Of a stretch of 64,000 bases of DNA, positions 46,092 to 54,976 are shown piece after piece (the first letter of the stretch is position 1; each line of letters begins with the position of its first letter). This DNA comes from Candidatus Nomurabacteria bacterium. GTDB lineage: Bacteria; Patescibacteriota; Minisyncoccia; Phycocordibacterales; UBA918. The position numbers and the translations under genes are program-made. The DNA lies in assembly GCA_020632155.1 (NCBI GenBank), contig JACKGE010000002.1, positions 21,293 to 85,292 on the forward strand, in the 5' to 3' direction. The notes below the pieces were generated by a model that made no database searches, was not told where the DNA came from, and saw nothing but the letters and a program-made list of their open reading frames with translations.

Positions 46092-47912
46092 TTACTTTTT
46101 AGTAAGCTTCTGAAACAAGTCGATATCGTCTTCAAGAATTTTGAGACCTTCTAAGAAAGTTTCATTTTTACTCATATCAATCCCAATCTTGTTAAAAATT
46201 GTCTCTACATTTGCCGACTCACCCAAAGTAAAGAATGTATCTACTTCCTTTCGATACGAATGATCTTGATGATACCGTTTACGCATAATACTACTGCCTA
46301 TTTCACCAAATGAATACGAATACTGGTAGAAATTGCTGCGATAGTGTACTTTCGTGAATACGGACAATCCATCATCGCGATTCATTTTAATTGCCGGACC
46401 GGCATACTCACCCAGATGTTTGCTAAGTGCGGTAGCCATATCTTGCCAGCTCATACCACCGGCTCGCCGAATAGTTTCGTGCATCTCAAGTTCAAATTTA
46501 AATCGAGAAATACACATGACCATTGTCATTAACCGATCAGCGATGGAGCTGTGCAAAAATGCAAGTTGATCATTTCCAGTTAGATTTGCAATAAGGTGTT
46601 CCGCTAGCAGTGACTCAAAGAAAGTACTGGCAGTTTCTGCCGTTAAAATTGAATGTCCTTCATAGTGAGCTGGTTGCTCCTTGCTCCTATATGCATGTAT
46701 GGCATGACCCATTTCATGAGCTATTGTTCGCAACGAATCAATTGAGTCGTTTTGGTTAAGTAGTATAAGAGTTGGTTTATCAATGCCAGAACTGCAAAAA
46801 GCACCACTACCTTTACCTTTTTTTGGCCAGACATCAATTTGGCTGCTTTCCAGCATCCCATCCAGTATTTTTCCGTACTTTGGGTCGAATCCATAGTACA
46901 CATCACGTACGATTGAAATGGCAGTCTTGAAATCAATAGTCGGGGCTTTTCCAATGGGTTCATTACGGTCTATATACGTGAGGTCTGTACCAAGTAACTT
47001 CTTTTTTAGTTTGAAAAATCGGTTTGATAGTTCGTACCCTTTAGTTTCAATTACTGAAACCAGCCGTTCAAGGGTCTCGTCGCTACTGTCATAGGCGCGC
47101 GTGGTTGCAGAGTAGGGTTTTTTGTATCCACGCAGTTCGTCGTTTGCTTTTTTATCAAGGACAAGGGCGACTAGCTCATTTTCAGCAAACTCTGCTATTT
47201 CTTCCACTACGGGAACAATTTTTTTCCACATCTGATGTCGTTCTTTCCTCGGCAAATTCTCAACCTGCATCATGGCTCCATTCAGTGGTAGCTCCTTGCC
47301 CTTCCACGTAATAGTTCGTTTATTTTGTATTTTTTCTGTAGCAATCATCCACAAACCGCGCGAGGTTTGTGCTTTTAAATTTAATATTTTTTCCTCTGGC
47401 TCAGTCAGCATATATTGTGCATTTTCAAATACACCCTGCAGGTAAAAATGAAGGTTTTTGATTGACGAGTCAGACAACAGTTGCTTCTGTAACGACTTAG
47501 GTAACGTAGCTAGTTCAACATCAAAAAAGATCAGCATGTTTGCAGTTTTCGTCAATCGTTCCTCAATCTTGTTCAGCATTCTCTCTGCTTTTTGATCTTG
47601 CGAATCAAGAACGGTACGGTATGACAAATAGTACGCAACGCGATCACCAGGTAAATGCAAAAGTTTTAGATATTGCCGAACTGCTTTTATAACTGCAGGC
47701 TTAGACTTTTTCCACTGGCCATCATTGTGATTTTGTACAAATTTTTTAATCGCTTGCTCAGTTTTTTTAAGATCTTTTTCAATTTGAAGATCCGCTTCTG
47801 AGTTATAAAAAAAATTACTGAGATCCCACGTCTCTTTGATCTTACCTAACCTCGGTAGCTGATTTACCGGAGTGTATTTAAAAGCGGCTTTCTTTGGTTT
47901 TTTTGACATCAA
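46092..47912 (-). CDS. pepF: Oligoendopeptidase F (M3B)
   Basis: HEMGHAIH zinc-binding HExxH in an M3 context. Confidence 0.85.
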   Translation of the reverse strand: MMSKKPKKAAFKYTPVNQLPRLGKIKETWDLSNFFYNSEADLQIEKDLKKTEQAIKKFVQNHNDGQWKKSKPAVIKAVRQYLKLLHLPGDRVAYYLSYRTVLDSQDQKAERMLNKIEERLTKTANMLIFFDVELATLPKSLQKQLLSDSSIKNLHFYLQGVFENAQYMLTEPEEKILNLKAQTSRGLWMIATEKIQNKRTITWKGKELPLNGAMMQVENLPRKERHQMWKKIVPVVEEIAEFAENELVALVLDKKANDELRGYKKPYSATTRAYDSSDETLERLVSVIETKGYELSNRFFKLKKKLLGTDLTYIDRNEPIGKAPTIDFKTAISIVRDVYYGFDPKYGKILDGMLESSQIDVWPKKGKGSGAFCSSGIDKPTLILLNQNDSIDSLRTIAHEMGHAIHAYRSKEQPAHYEGHSILTAETASTFFESLLAEHLIANLTGNDQLAFLHSSIADRLMTMVMCISRFKFELEMHETIRRAGGMSWQDMATALSKHLGEYAGPAIKMNRDDGLSVFTKVHYRSNFYQYSYSFGEIGSSIMRKRYHQDHSYRKEVDTFFTLGESANVETIFNKIGIDMSKNETFLEGLKILEDDIDLFQKLTKK

Positions 47913-48474
47913 GGATGAAGTTCTTATATTCCGTATAAACGTGATTGAATTCGCTTAGTATAGCGTTTTTAAGGCGACTGTTTAAGACGTTGCTAATGTC
48001 TTGGTACATAAGTGCTCGTTCGTCGAGTTTGCCGCCGAAATCATTGAGATACCGCGCGTGGTCGTCGTAGTATTCTTCCACAATGCAACGCATATTGTGA
48101 ATCTTATCAGCAGCCGCTACCACTAAAGATTCCATTGGCGCTTTTTTGAGCTGCTTCGCGTAGGCTTTTTTTCGGTCCGTCCACGAGTACTGCTTTTCAG
48201 ACGTGTCTTGTGGTTCACTTACCGCTCGCACAAGTTCCAAAACGTGCCCGCCAAAGTCTTCTTGCAGCTCTTCCTCGGTGTAGTCGGTGTCCTCTAACGT
48301 GTCATGAAGTAAGGCCGTAATAATGGTGTCCTCGTCGTCAGTGTAGTCACTTACAATCATGGCAACTGCATACAGGTGTGTAACGTATGGCAGCGGAGCT
48401 GAGCCTTTACGAAGCTGGTCTTTATGTAGTATAGAAGCGGCACGGACTGCTTGTTCAATTCGGTAGGTGTACAT
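47878..48474 (-). CDS. HD-domain (p)ppGpp hydrolase-like protein (RelA/SpoT hydrolase domain only; small alarmone hydrolase)
   Basis: H...HDTLEDT HD signature with RelA/SpoT-type spacing (ALLHDTLEDT). Confidence 0.65.
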   Translation of the reverse strand: MYTYRIEQAVRAASILHKDQLRKGSAPLPYVTHLYAVAMIVSDYTDDEDTIITALLHDTLEDTDYTEEELQEDFGGHVLELVRAVSEPQDTSEKQYSWTDRKKAYAKQLKKAPMESLVVAAADKIHNMRCIVEEYYDDHARYLNDFGGKLDERALMYQDISNVLNSRLKNAILSEFNHVYTEYKNFILDVKKTKESRF

Positions 48475-48483
48475 AATTACAAC

Positions 48484-48900
48484 TTACGCAGCTTTACGGT
48501 GCTCTTCTTGTTTCCGTTGTCGCTCTTCCGCCAGTCGAATATTATCCAGCTCTTGCTGCCTGCTTTGTATTTGAGAGCGCAAAGCATCAACGCGATTTGT
48601 GGCCGTCCTTATTACGCTATTGGTACGAGATATCTTATTTTTGTATTCTGTTTCAAAACGCCTTTCCTCCAGCTCATATTTTTTTTGTAACTGCTGTCGT
48701 TCAATATTAAGTTTTTGTATTTCTGCATCAATTTGCTCAGTCTTTTGGGAAAGTCCAGAACGAAGCTGGTCACTTTCGTTGTGGTAACTGTCTTGCACTT
48801 TACGTAACAACTCATCAGCTTGGCGGCGAGTTTCTTCGGCCTTTTCAAGGTCACGCTGGAGAATGCGTAATTTATTATCATTATCACTTGTTGCGTACAT
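48484..48900 (-). CDS. Hypothetical coiled-coil protein
   Basis: Highly charged heptad-repeat sequence throughout. Confidence 0.4.
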   Translation of the reverse strand: MYATSDNDNKLRILQRDLEKAEETRRQADELLRKVQDSYHNESDQLRSGLSQKTEQIDAEIQKLNIERQQLQKKYELEERRFETEYKNKISRTNSVIRTATNRVDALRSQIQSRQQELDNIRLAEERQRKQEEHRKAA

Positions 48901-49153
48901 GAAAAATATAACCTTCGGCTAGTAATAACTTTTGTTTTGCCAGTATACCACCTCGGTTGTAGCCACCCAGCCCTCCGTCGCTGCGTATAACACGGTGGCA
49001 CGGCACGTCAGGATCATAATTGGCAGCCATGATGCTAGCGACAGCGCGGGCGGCTTTTGGATTACCGGCTTTTATAGCCACCTCCTTATAGGTCATTACT
49101 GAGCCCTTTGGAATCCGGCGCACTACCGCTCTAACTTTTTCGGTAAAGGTCAT
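48884..49153 (-). CDS. MGMT-family protein: 6-O-methylguanine-DNA methyltransferase DNA-binding/active-site domain only
   Basis: PCHRVIRSDGGLGGY signature with the Cys retained. About 90 aa counted from the internal Met; the track ORF 48884-49240 includes a probable 5' over-extension. Confidence 0.6.
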   Translation of the reverse strand: MTFTEKVRAVVRRIPKGSVMTYKEVAIKAGNPKAARAVASIMAANYDPDVPCHRVIRSDGGLGGYNRGGILAKQKLLLAEGYIFHVRNK

Positions 49154-49157
49154 AGGC

Positions 49158-49943
49158 TTACTTTTTGAGTTTATTGTGTAAGTGTAAGAGTTTTTTGCCA
49201 GCCGCTTCGCGGTACGAACAGTACTCACACAGTTCACCACTCGCCGGAATGCCTTCGGTCTCTAGTGTTGTTTTTATCTCGCTCAGTGCTGTTTCTATCC
49301 AACTGACGTCAGTCTCTACCGGCACGAGCGTGGTTTCAAAGATAAGTTTGTCATCAAAGGCATCAAGGTCCTTATCAGCGTTGGCGTAGACTAAATATCC
49401 AGTAGTTGCTACCGTAAAGCCGTTTTGCTCAAGGAGCCAGCGGTATACCCCGAGCTGCCGTGTGTACTGAATTTCCCATGGACTATCGCCAAGCGCTTCA
49501 ATACGCTCAGCTTTTGAGGTCGACTTATAATCAATGATGATAAGAGTTCCGTCGGGTTGTACCCAAATATCGTCTACTGCGCCAGAGACAGTAAGTCCGG
49601 TTGCTTCGTGTGTGTGTTCTATGCCTGCAAAGTTGTCACGCCACACATCTAACTCTGTGTGCGTAAACGGCACTGCGTCGATCTGGTACTTTTCCATGAT
49701 CGGATGTCTTGTTCCCGCTTTTCGGTGAATATCAAATTCCTTCTTAAACAGTTCATCGACAGCGATATTTAGATTGAATGACGGAAAACTTGGCCGTTTA
49801 GTTCCCAGTTTGTTGTCTAAATAAAAACAGCGTGGACACTCAAAAAAGAGGTCGATTTTAGAACGAGACAGGCGCCACTTCGCACCGCCATAGTTCCACT
49901 CACTACTGCGGTCGGGATTATAGCGCTTTTGAAACGTTGCCAT
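49158..49943 (-). CDS. PD-(D/E)xK nuclease, RecB/Cas4-like domain with four cysteines
   Basis: GAVDDIWV...IIDYKS nuclease motifs; N-terminal CPRCFYL (Cas4/AddB-like CPR motif) and C-terminal CEYC. Confidence 0.65.
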   Translation of the reverse strand: MATFQKRYNPDRSSEWNYGGAKWRLSRSKIDLFFECPRCFYLDNKLGTKRPSFPSFNLNIAVDELFKKEFDIHRKAGTRHPIMEKYQIDAVPFTHTELDVWRDNFAGIEHTHEATGLTVSGAVDDIWVQPDGTLIIIDYKSTSKAERIEALGDSPWEIQYTRQLGVYRWLLEQNGFTVATTGYLVYANADKDLDAFDDKLIFETTLVPVETDVSWIETALSEIKTTLETEGIPASGELCEYCSYREAAGKKLLHLHNKLKK

Positions 49944-50010
49944 ACGTGTAGCAGTATACCATGCACAAAAAAAGCCCTAATCGGGCCTTTTTCGTTTTAA
50001 ACAAGTACGC

Positions 50011-50565
50011 TTATTCAGCTGTAAAAGTTTCAAATGTTCCCTCTATCTGTGAGTCCGTAGCAAGGTCAAACTTTCGGTCCCCATTCTCGGTAAAGAAGAC
50101 CACTGCGTACTGTCGTCCAGTCACTGTTGGCGCCAGTAGTTCTACTGACTCAGGAATGAGACCCTGTGACTTGCTATACCGCGCAGCACCAAGAATATTG
50201 CCAAGTGCTCCGTCTGAGTAAGAACGTACTGCGATCCAGCCGTCTTCGGTTGGGAAGGTTGCGCTGTCAATGGTTACACTACGACCAGCAGTTTGATCGG
50301 AAACACCGATCTTACCGTCACCCACCACCATTTCTGGTGCCGTATCGCTGGCTGTGTCAGACTTCATACTATCTGACGAGTCTTTAGTATTTGAATCATC
50401 ACTTGTGTGGTCAGTCATCTCCGAGTCAGTATCAGTACTGTCTTCGTGAGCGGGTGAATCAGCCGGAGTTCCGGAAAAGATCCACACTAGTAAACCACCG
50501 ATCAAGAGACCAGCCACGAATGCGACTACGGTCTTCTGACTCTCTTGTTGTTCTTGTTCTGACAT
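50011..50565 (-). CDS. Membrane-anchored protein with an acidic Ser/Thr/Asp-rich linker and a C-terminal globular domain
   Basis: N-terminal TM helix; DSTDTDSEMTDHTSDDSNTKDSSDS low-complexity region. Confidence 0.4.
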   Translation of the reverse strand: MSEQEQQESQKTVVAFVAGLLIGGLLVWIFSGTPADSPAHEDSTDTDSEMTDHTSDDSNTKDSSDSMKSDTASDTAPEMVVGDGKIGVSDQTAGRSVTIDSATFPTEDGWIAVRSYSDGALGNILGAARYSKSQGLIPESVELLAPTVTGRQYAVVFFTENGDRKFDLATDSQIEGTFETFTAE

Positions 50566-50621
50566 ATCTAAATACAGAATTGCGCTAAATTGTGACTAAT
50601 ATACTGCCTAGTATAGCAAGT

Positions 50622-51449
50622 CTACGAGCCCCCACACAGTTGACGAGCCTCGGAAAGTACTGCCTCGGTCTTACGCTGTGAAAGATGTAGATGTCGCAAT
50701 ATTTGGGGCCGTTCAAGGAGATCGCGGCACACAATCACACTACGCTTTAATAAAGCCGCTTTTTGGGCACTAGAGAGTGACTGAATGACCGTAATTGGGT
50801 ACAATCCAGCCGCTTCAATACGGTCTTGCAGGTTATTGGTGCGCGGATAATCCCAGCCCAAAAGCTGCAATCCGACACAAGTAGCGTACTTTTCAGCGGT
50901 TGAGGTGAATTTTGTATTAGTGACCACCAAAAAGTCTATAATGCCACAAGTGTCATCTTTACACACAGCTTTATTTTCAAGATCGAGTTTGCGGGCGTAC
51001 GAGTACATAACCACTTGTAAGTCAGACTTGATACCTGGGCGGGCATGAAACTTGGCTTCCGCGATAAACGTATGGTCAGGTCGGTACGCAGCCACATCAA
51101 GTTCATGAATCGCACATTTCCCCTTTAGGGTTAGGCGGGTTCGTGTTTTATAGCCCTCAATCTCAAACAACCGTGCCAAAAAATCTTCAAACGGAAAACC
51201 AGTTGGCCCAAGACCAAACAGAGCGCGCCGCAGTGAGTACTTGGCGGCGGTTGGTGATTCACTACTGCGCAAAAGTTCAAACGCCCGCGCATAGATAACC
51301 TGTGTGGTCATGCCATCAAACAGCTCGTCTTCTACCTGTTTGACGATATGCTCAACCTCATCTCGGTTAGCACCGGCTTTCTTGAGAGAGTTTCGTAATT
51401 TGTTTGGTCTAAAGGCTTCAGTCGTTCCGTCAGCTTTCGTAATTTTCAT
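50622..51449 (-). CDS. ATP-cone domain fused to a restriction-endonuclease-like (Mrr-cat/PD-(D/E)xK) domain
   Basis: N-terminus MKITKADGTTEAFRPNKLRNSL... is ATP-cone-like. Central FEDFLARLFEIEGYKT...ELDVAAYRPDHTFIAEAKF has a D...E.K layout typical of Mrr-cat. Confidence 0.5.
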   Translation of the reverse strand: MKITKADGTTEAFRPNKLRNSLKKAGANRDEVEHIVKQVEDELFDGMTTQVIYARAFELLRSSESPTAAKYSLRRALFGLGPTGFPFEDFLARLFEIEGYKTRTRLTLKGKCAIHELDVAAYRPDHTFIAEAKFHARPGIKSDLQVVMYSYARKLDLENKAVCKDDTCGIIDFLVVTNTKFTSTAEKYATCVGLQLLGWDYPRTNNLQDRIEAAGLYPITVIQSLSSAQKAALLKRSVIVCRDLLERPQILRHLHLSQRKTEAVLSEARQLCGGS

Positions 51450-51472
51450 GGTCGGCTATGGTGTTATGGCTA

Positions 51473-52540
51473 TTACGCAATGATACCACCTCCAAGACAT
51501 TGATCTCCTTGATAAAACACAGCTGACTGCCCACTAACAGGTTGTTCTGCAGTGTTAGGTAGACTAACAGTAGATTCAGGCGTGCCAATGGTTACCTGTG
51601 CTCGGTGGGGTTTTTGTCGATACCTTGTCTGTACCTCAAGAGTGTTTGCTGTCGGCATATTTGGTATCCAATTACAGTCTGTCAAATGAATATCTTTGTC
51701 GACCACCGCTGCAGTAGGCGCTGTTTTGCTCACAATCAAGGTGTTTTTTTGTACATCTTTTTTGACTACGAAGTAAGGTGTACGCGCGTTGTCAGTGCTG
51801 CTGATCGTAAAGCCATGGCGCTGACCAATGGTATACACCAAAGCCCCCTTGTGGACCCCAATGTGTTTGCCGCTCGTGTCATACACCAGCCCTTCTTTGA
51901 GCTCCGTAAAATGTGACAAAAACTCAGGGATATCGATATGTCCCAAAAAACAAACACCCTGACTGTCTTTTTTTTGAGCAACTGGCAACTTCGCACGCTC
52001 GGCTTCTTTTCGAATAGTGGCTTTATTACTCTCCCCTACTGGAAGCAGGGTTTTGGACAGCTGTGTTTGCGTCAGTGTCCACAAAAAGTAACTTTGATCT
52101 TTTTCGGTGTCATTACCGCGCCAGAGCTGGTAACCAGCATTCGTGGTTCGTTTTTGTGCGTAGTGACCAGTTGCAATGTAGTCGGCGCCGTGCTGAGTCG
52201 CAAATTCAAGGAAACGACCAAACTTCACGTATTGGTTACACATCACGTCCGGATTAGGTGTTCTGCCGGCCAGATATTCCGCAATAAAGTGATCAGCAAC
52301 ATCTTGTTTATATGCTGTTTCGGCGTCACAGGTCAAAAACGGTATCTGTAGGTGAGCTGCTACTCGCATCGCATCTAGGCGCTCTTGTTCCCAGTTGCAC
52401 TGTACAAAATCAGGCTGCCAAACTTTAATAAAGACTCCGACTACCTCATATCCCGCTTGTAAGAGACGTAAAGCAGCGACCGAGGAGTCGACCCCGCCTG
52501 AAAGGCCTACAAATACGCGTTTTTGAGTGCTCCGTTTCAT
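51473..52540 (-). CDS. mnmA: tRNA-specific 2-thiouridylase
   Basis: PP-loop VGLSGGVDSSVAA and a MnmA-like C-terminus. Confidence 0.9.
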   Translation of the reverse strand: MKRSTQKRVFVGLSGGVDSSVAALRLLQAGYEVVGVFIKVWQPDFVQCNWEQERLDAMRVAAHLQIPFLTCDAETAYKQDVADHFIAEYLAGRTPNPDVMCNQYVKFGRFLEFATQHGADYIATGHYAQKRTTNAGYQLWRGNDTEKDQSYFLWTLTQTQLSKTLLPVGESNKATIRKEAERAKLPVAQKKDSQGVCFLGHIDIPEFLSHFTELKEGLVYDTSGKHIGVHKGALVYTIGQRHGFTISSTDNARTPYFVVKKDVQKNTLIVSKTAPTAAVVDKDIHLTDCNWIPNMPTANTLEVQTRYRQKPHRAQVTIGTPESTVSLPNTAEQPVSGQSAVFYQGDQCLGGGIIA

Positions 52541-52560
52541 AGCATGGAGCCTACCATGGC

Positions 52561-53538
52561 TTACTTTAGATAGCGAGCGATGTTGGCATTGTGTTCATGT
52601 AGCGTCTCTGCGTAGTAAAAGTTACCGTCCGTGCCGGTGATGTAGAACAAATATGGCGAAGGCTCGGGAAATAAAACCGCCTCAATTGCCGTCAGGCCAG
52701 GGTTTCCGATCGGCGTTGGTGGTAACCCTTTGTACAAGTACGTATTGTACGGACTGTCTATTTTAAGATCCTCGGGTGTCAATTCTTTAAGAGGTTTTTC
52801 AAGCACATACTCCATCGAGGCATCAACTTGGAGCGGCATACCAAGATTCATGCGAGACAGTAGGATGCCAGCGACCATGCGCATTGACTCAGGGCTATTC
52901 GCTTCACGCTCTACAATTGAGGCTAATGTAATGAGACCTTCTTCGGTTAGGTAATGCGTCGTAAGTTCGGTGCGCAAAGTCGCAGTTTTTTGTTGATAGG
53001 CTTCACGCAAAAGCACAATGAGTTCATCGGCGGTGTAGCTTTCAGGCACGAAGTACGTATCCGGAAATAAAAACCCCTCGTAACCACGTGCTTGTTCGTA
53101 GAAATATTCTGCATCAAAGTCAGGTAATTCCTCTGAGGCTAGCAGAGCGTACTCACGCACTGAATACCCTTCCGGAAACGTGAGCGAGACCAATTCCGCT
53201 TGTGGTACATCGTGTGACAAACGGTTCGCAACCTCAAACACATTCATTGGCTCAGAAAAGGCATATGCTCCTGCCTTAATGTCAGACGGATCGTGCAAGA
53301 AAACAAGTACCATATAAAGAATGGTGCCGCTTCGTACAACATGTGCAGTTTGTGCAGCGTCAGCTATGGCTGAGGCGGAAGAACCGGAAGTAATGTCAAA
53401 GCTTTGATCTGTTGGAAAGGACCGCGGCGCACTAGTAAAGTACGCAAAAATTAGTACCACTCCTAGCAATACCAAAAACAAACTTACAGCAACTAATTGC
53501 CATTTTTTACGCGGTGGTTTTTCTACTTCAGGGGGCAT
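52561..53538 (-). CDS. mltG: Endolytic murein transglycosylase MltG (YceG family)
   Basis: N-terminal TM helix and YceG-like domain (LTFPEGYSVREYA...). Confidence 0.8.
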   Translation of the reverse strand: MPPEVEKPPRKKWQLVAVSLFLVLLGVVLIFAYFTSAPRSFPTDQSFDITSGSSASAIADAAQTAHVVRSGTILYMVLVFLHDPSDIKAGAYAFSEPMNVFEVANRLSHDVPQAELVSLTFPEGYSVREYALLASEELPDFDAEYFYEQARGYEGFLFPDTYFVPESYTADELIVLLREAYQQKTATLRTELTTHYLTEEGLITLASIVEREANSPESMRMVAGILLSRMNLGMPLQVDASMEYVLEKPLKELTPEDLKIDSPYNTYLYKGLPPTPIGNPGLTAIEAVLFPEPSPYLFYITGTDGNFYYAETLHEHNANIARYLK

Positions 53539-53541
53539 ACA

Positions 53542-54942
53542 CTACAAAGGTAATTCTCCAGTTGGTAGATTCGCTGGCGCTTCGCCACGGGTTGAACCGA
53601 CACGTGTGAGCGTTGGTGTCTGAGCTACCTGACCCGGTAAGTGAAACATGGTGGCGAGCTCCTCGACAGTAAATATTCTTGGGGAGTCGATACCGCATTT
53701 TGGAAAATACTTGCGCATTTTGTACTCTTTGAGTTCTTGTTTTCTGAGTGCATTTAAAGCTTTGACCTTACCGCCAGGAATAATGTCTTTGTAGTCAAAA
53801 TCCGTACGCCAACGAACACCAATGGCGTTTCTTGTATTGACGTCATATTGACTGAAAGAACGAATGATAGGATTGATGAGGTCACTGTTAAATCCCCCTT
53901 GATGATTTATGTACACCCACCGAATCGCACCTTTGTAGGCATATTTATCGGCATTACGTTCCAACGTCATGATGGTATCGCGCTCACCTGAAGTCAAGCG
54001 AGCCATTTCTTCTGTTTCTCCAGCTGCAAGTGGAGTGCGTTTTTCAGGGTCACGGTTCATTAATTTATTTATGTACTTAAACAGGTCATCCGACCAATTT
54101 GGACCTTCACCTAAGAGTAGCTGTCCATTCTTGAAACTATCACGTCGAAATGACTTGATGAGTATTTGCATGTATATACGCTCGTGCTGTTTGATACTAC
54201 CAAACACCTCCAGCATTGGTGTCATAGGGTCAAGCTTCTCCTCTTCTTTAGGTAGTTTATCAAGCCCATAGTCGATATATGTCTTAATTGGTAAAAAGCC
54301 GTCTTTCTTTTTACCCATGTGAACTGAAAAAACAGTTGTTTTACTGGGATCAAAACTAATTGGTACTTCACCTGCGTAATCTACTGGCTCTTCTATGATC
54401 TCCACTCCGGGGTACTGTGCGTACATATTGGCTTCAAATGCATCCCGTGTCTTTTTGGTCGGAACATTTACATAGAATCGTACTTCCCCGCCGATGGAAA
54501 CAATCTCTAATGAAAAGTCTAACGGTCTTTTTCCATCAAGATAGGTTTGCATCAAGTTATCAGGATTGGCGACATTATGTATTTGTGCCAGAACAAACTC
54601 CATCGCTTCAGGCGATTTAAACACCTCTTGCGGTGGAATAATACGCAATGTAGTACGACCTTGATTAGCCCAAAACTTTTTCCCCACTGCTTCGTCCCAC
54701 TTGCTAAAAAAAACTAAAAATAAGACTACCGGTAGCCAGATTGGTAGTAAAAAGATAAAAAACGAAAACGCATCAGCTGCAGATACACCAAAAAGAAAAA
54801 AGCCAAGTAAAATCAAAAAGAGATCAATGATGATCATCATTGGCCCGTAGTCCATGTCATTGTCGTCCATCCATGAAAAAACAGACGCTAAGATTGGTAC
54901 TTCCATTGTCAGTCTATTGTACAACACAAAACCAGCTGACAC
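53542..54942 (-). CDS. Hypothetical membrane protein (2-3 N-terminal TM helices plus a large soluble domain)
   Basis: ORF with hydrophobic N-terminus; no motif recognised. Confidence 0.4.
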   Translation of the reverse strand: MSAGFVLYNRLTMEVPILASVFSWMDDNDMDYGPMMIIIDLFLILLGFFLFGVSAADAFSFFIFLLPIWLPVVLFLVFFSKWDEAVGKKFWANQGRTTLRIIPPQEVFKSPEAMEFVLAQIHNVANPDNLMQTYLDGKRPLDFSLEIVSIGGEVRFYVNVPTKKTRDAFEANMYAQYPGVEIIEEPVDYAGEVPISFDPSKTTVFSVHMGKKKDGFLPIKTYIDYGLDKLPKEEEKLDPMTPMLEVFGSIKQHERIYMQILIKSFRRDSFKNGQLLLGEGPNWSDDLFKYINKLMNRDPEKRTPLAAGETEEMARLTSGERDTIMTLERNADKYAYKGAIRWVYINHQGGFNSDLINPIIRSFSQYDVNTRNAIGVRWRTDFDYKDIIPGGKVKALNALRKQELKEYKMRKYFPKCGIDSPRIFTVEELATMFHLPGQVAQTPTLTRVGSTRGEAPANLPTGELPL

Positions 54943-54976
54943 GTTTGTGTCAGCTGGTTTCTCTGGAAAAGTTTAC

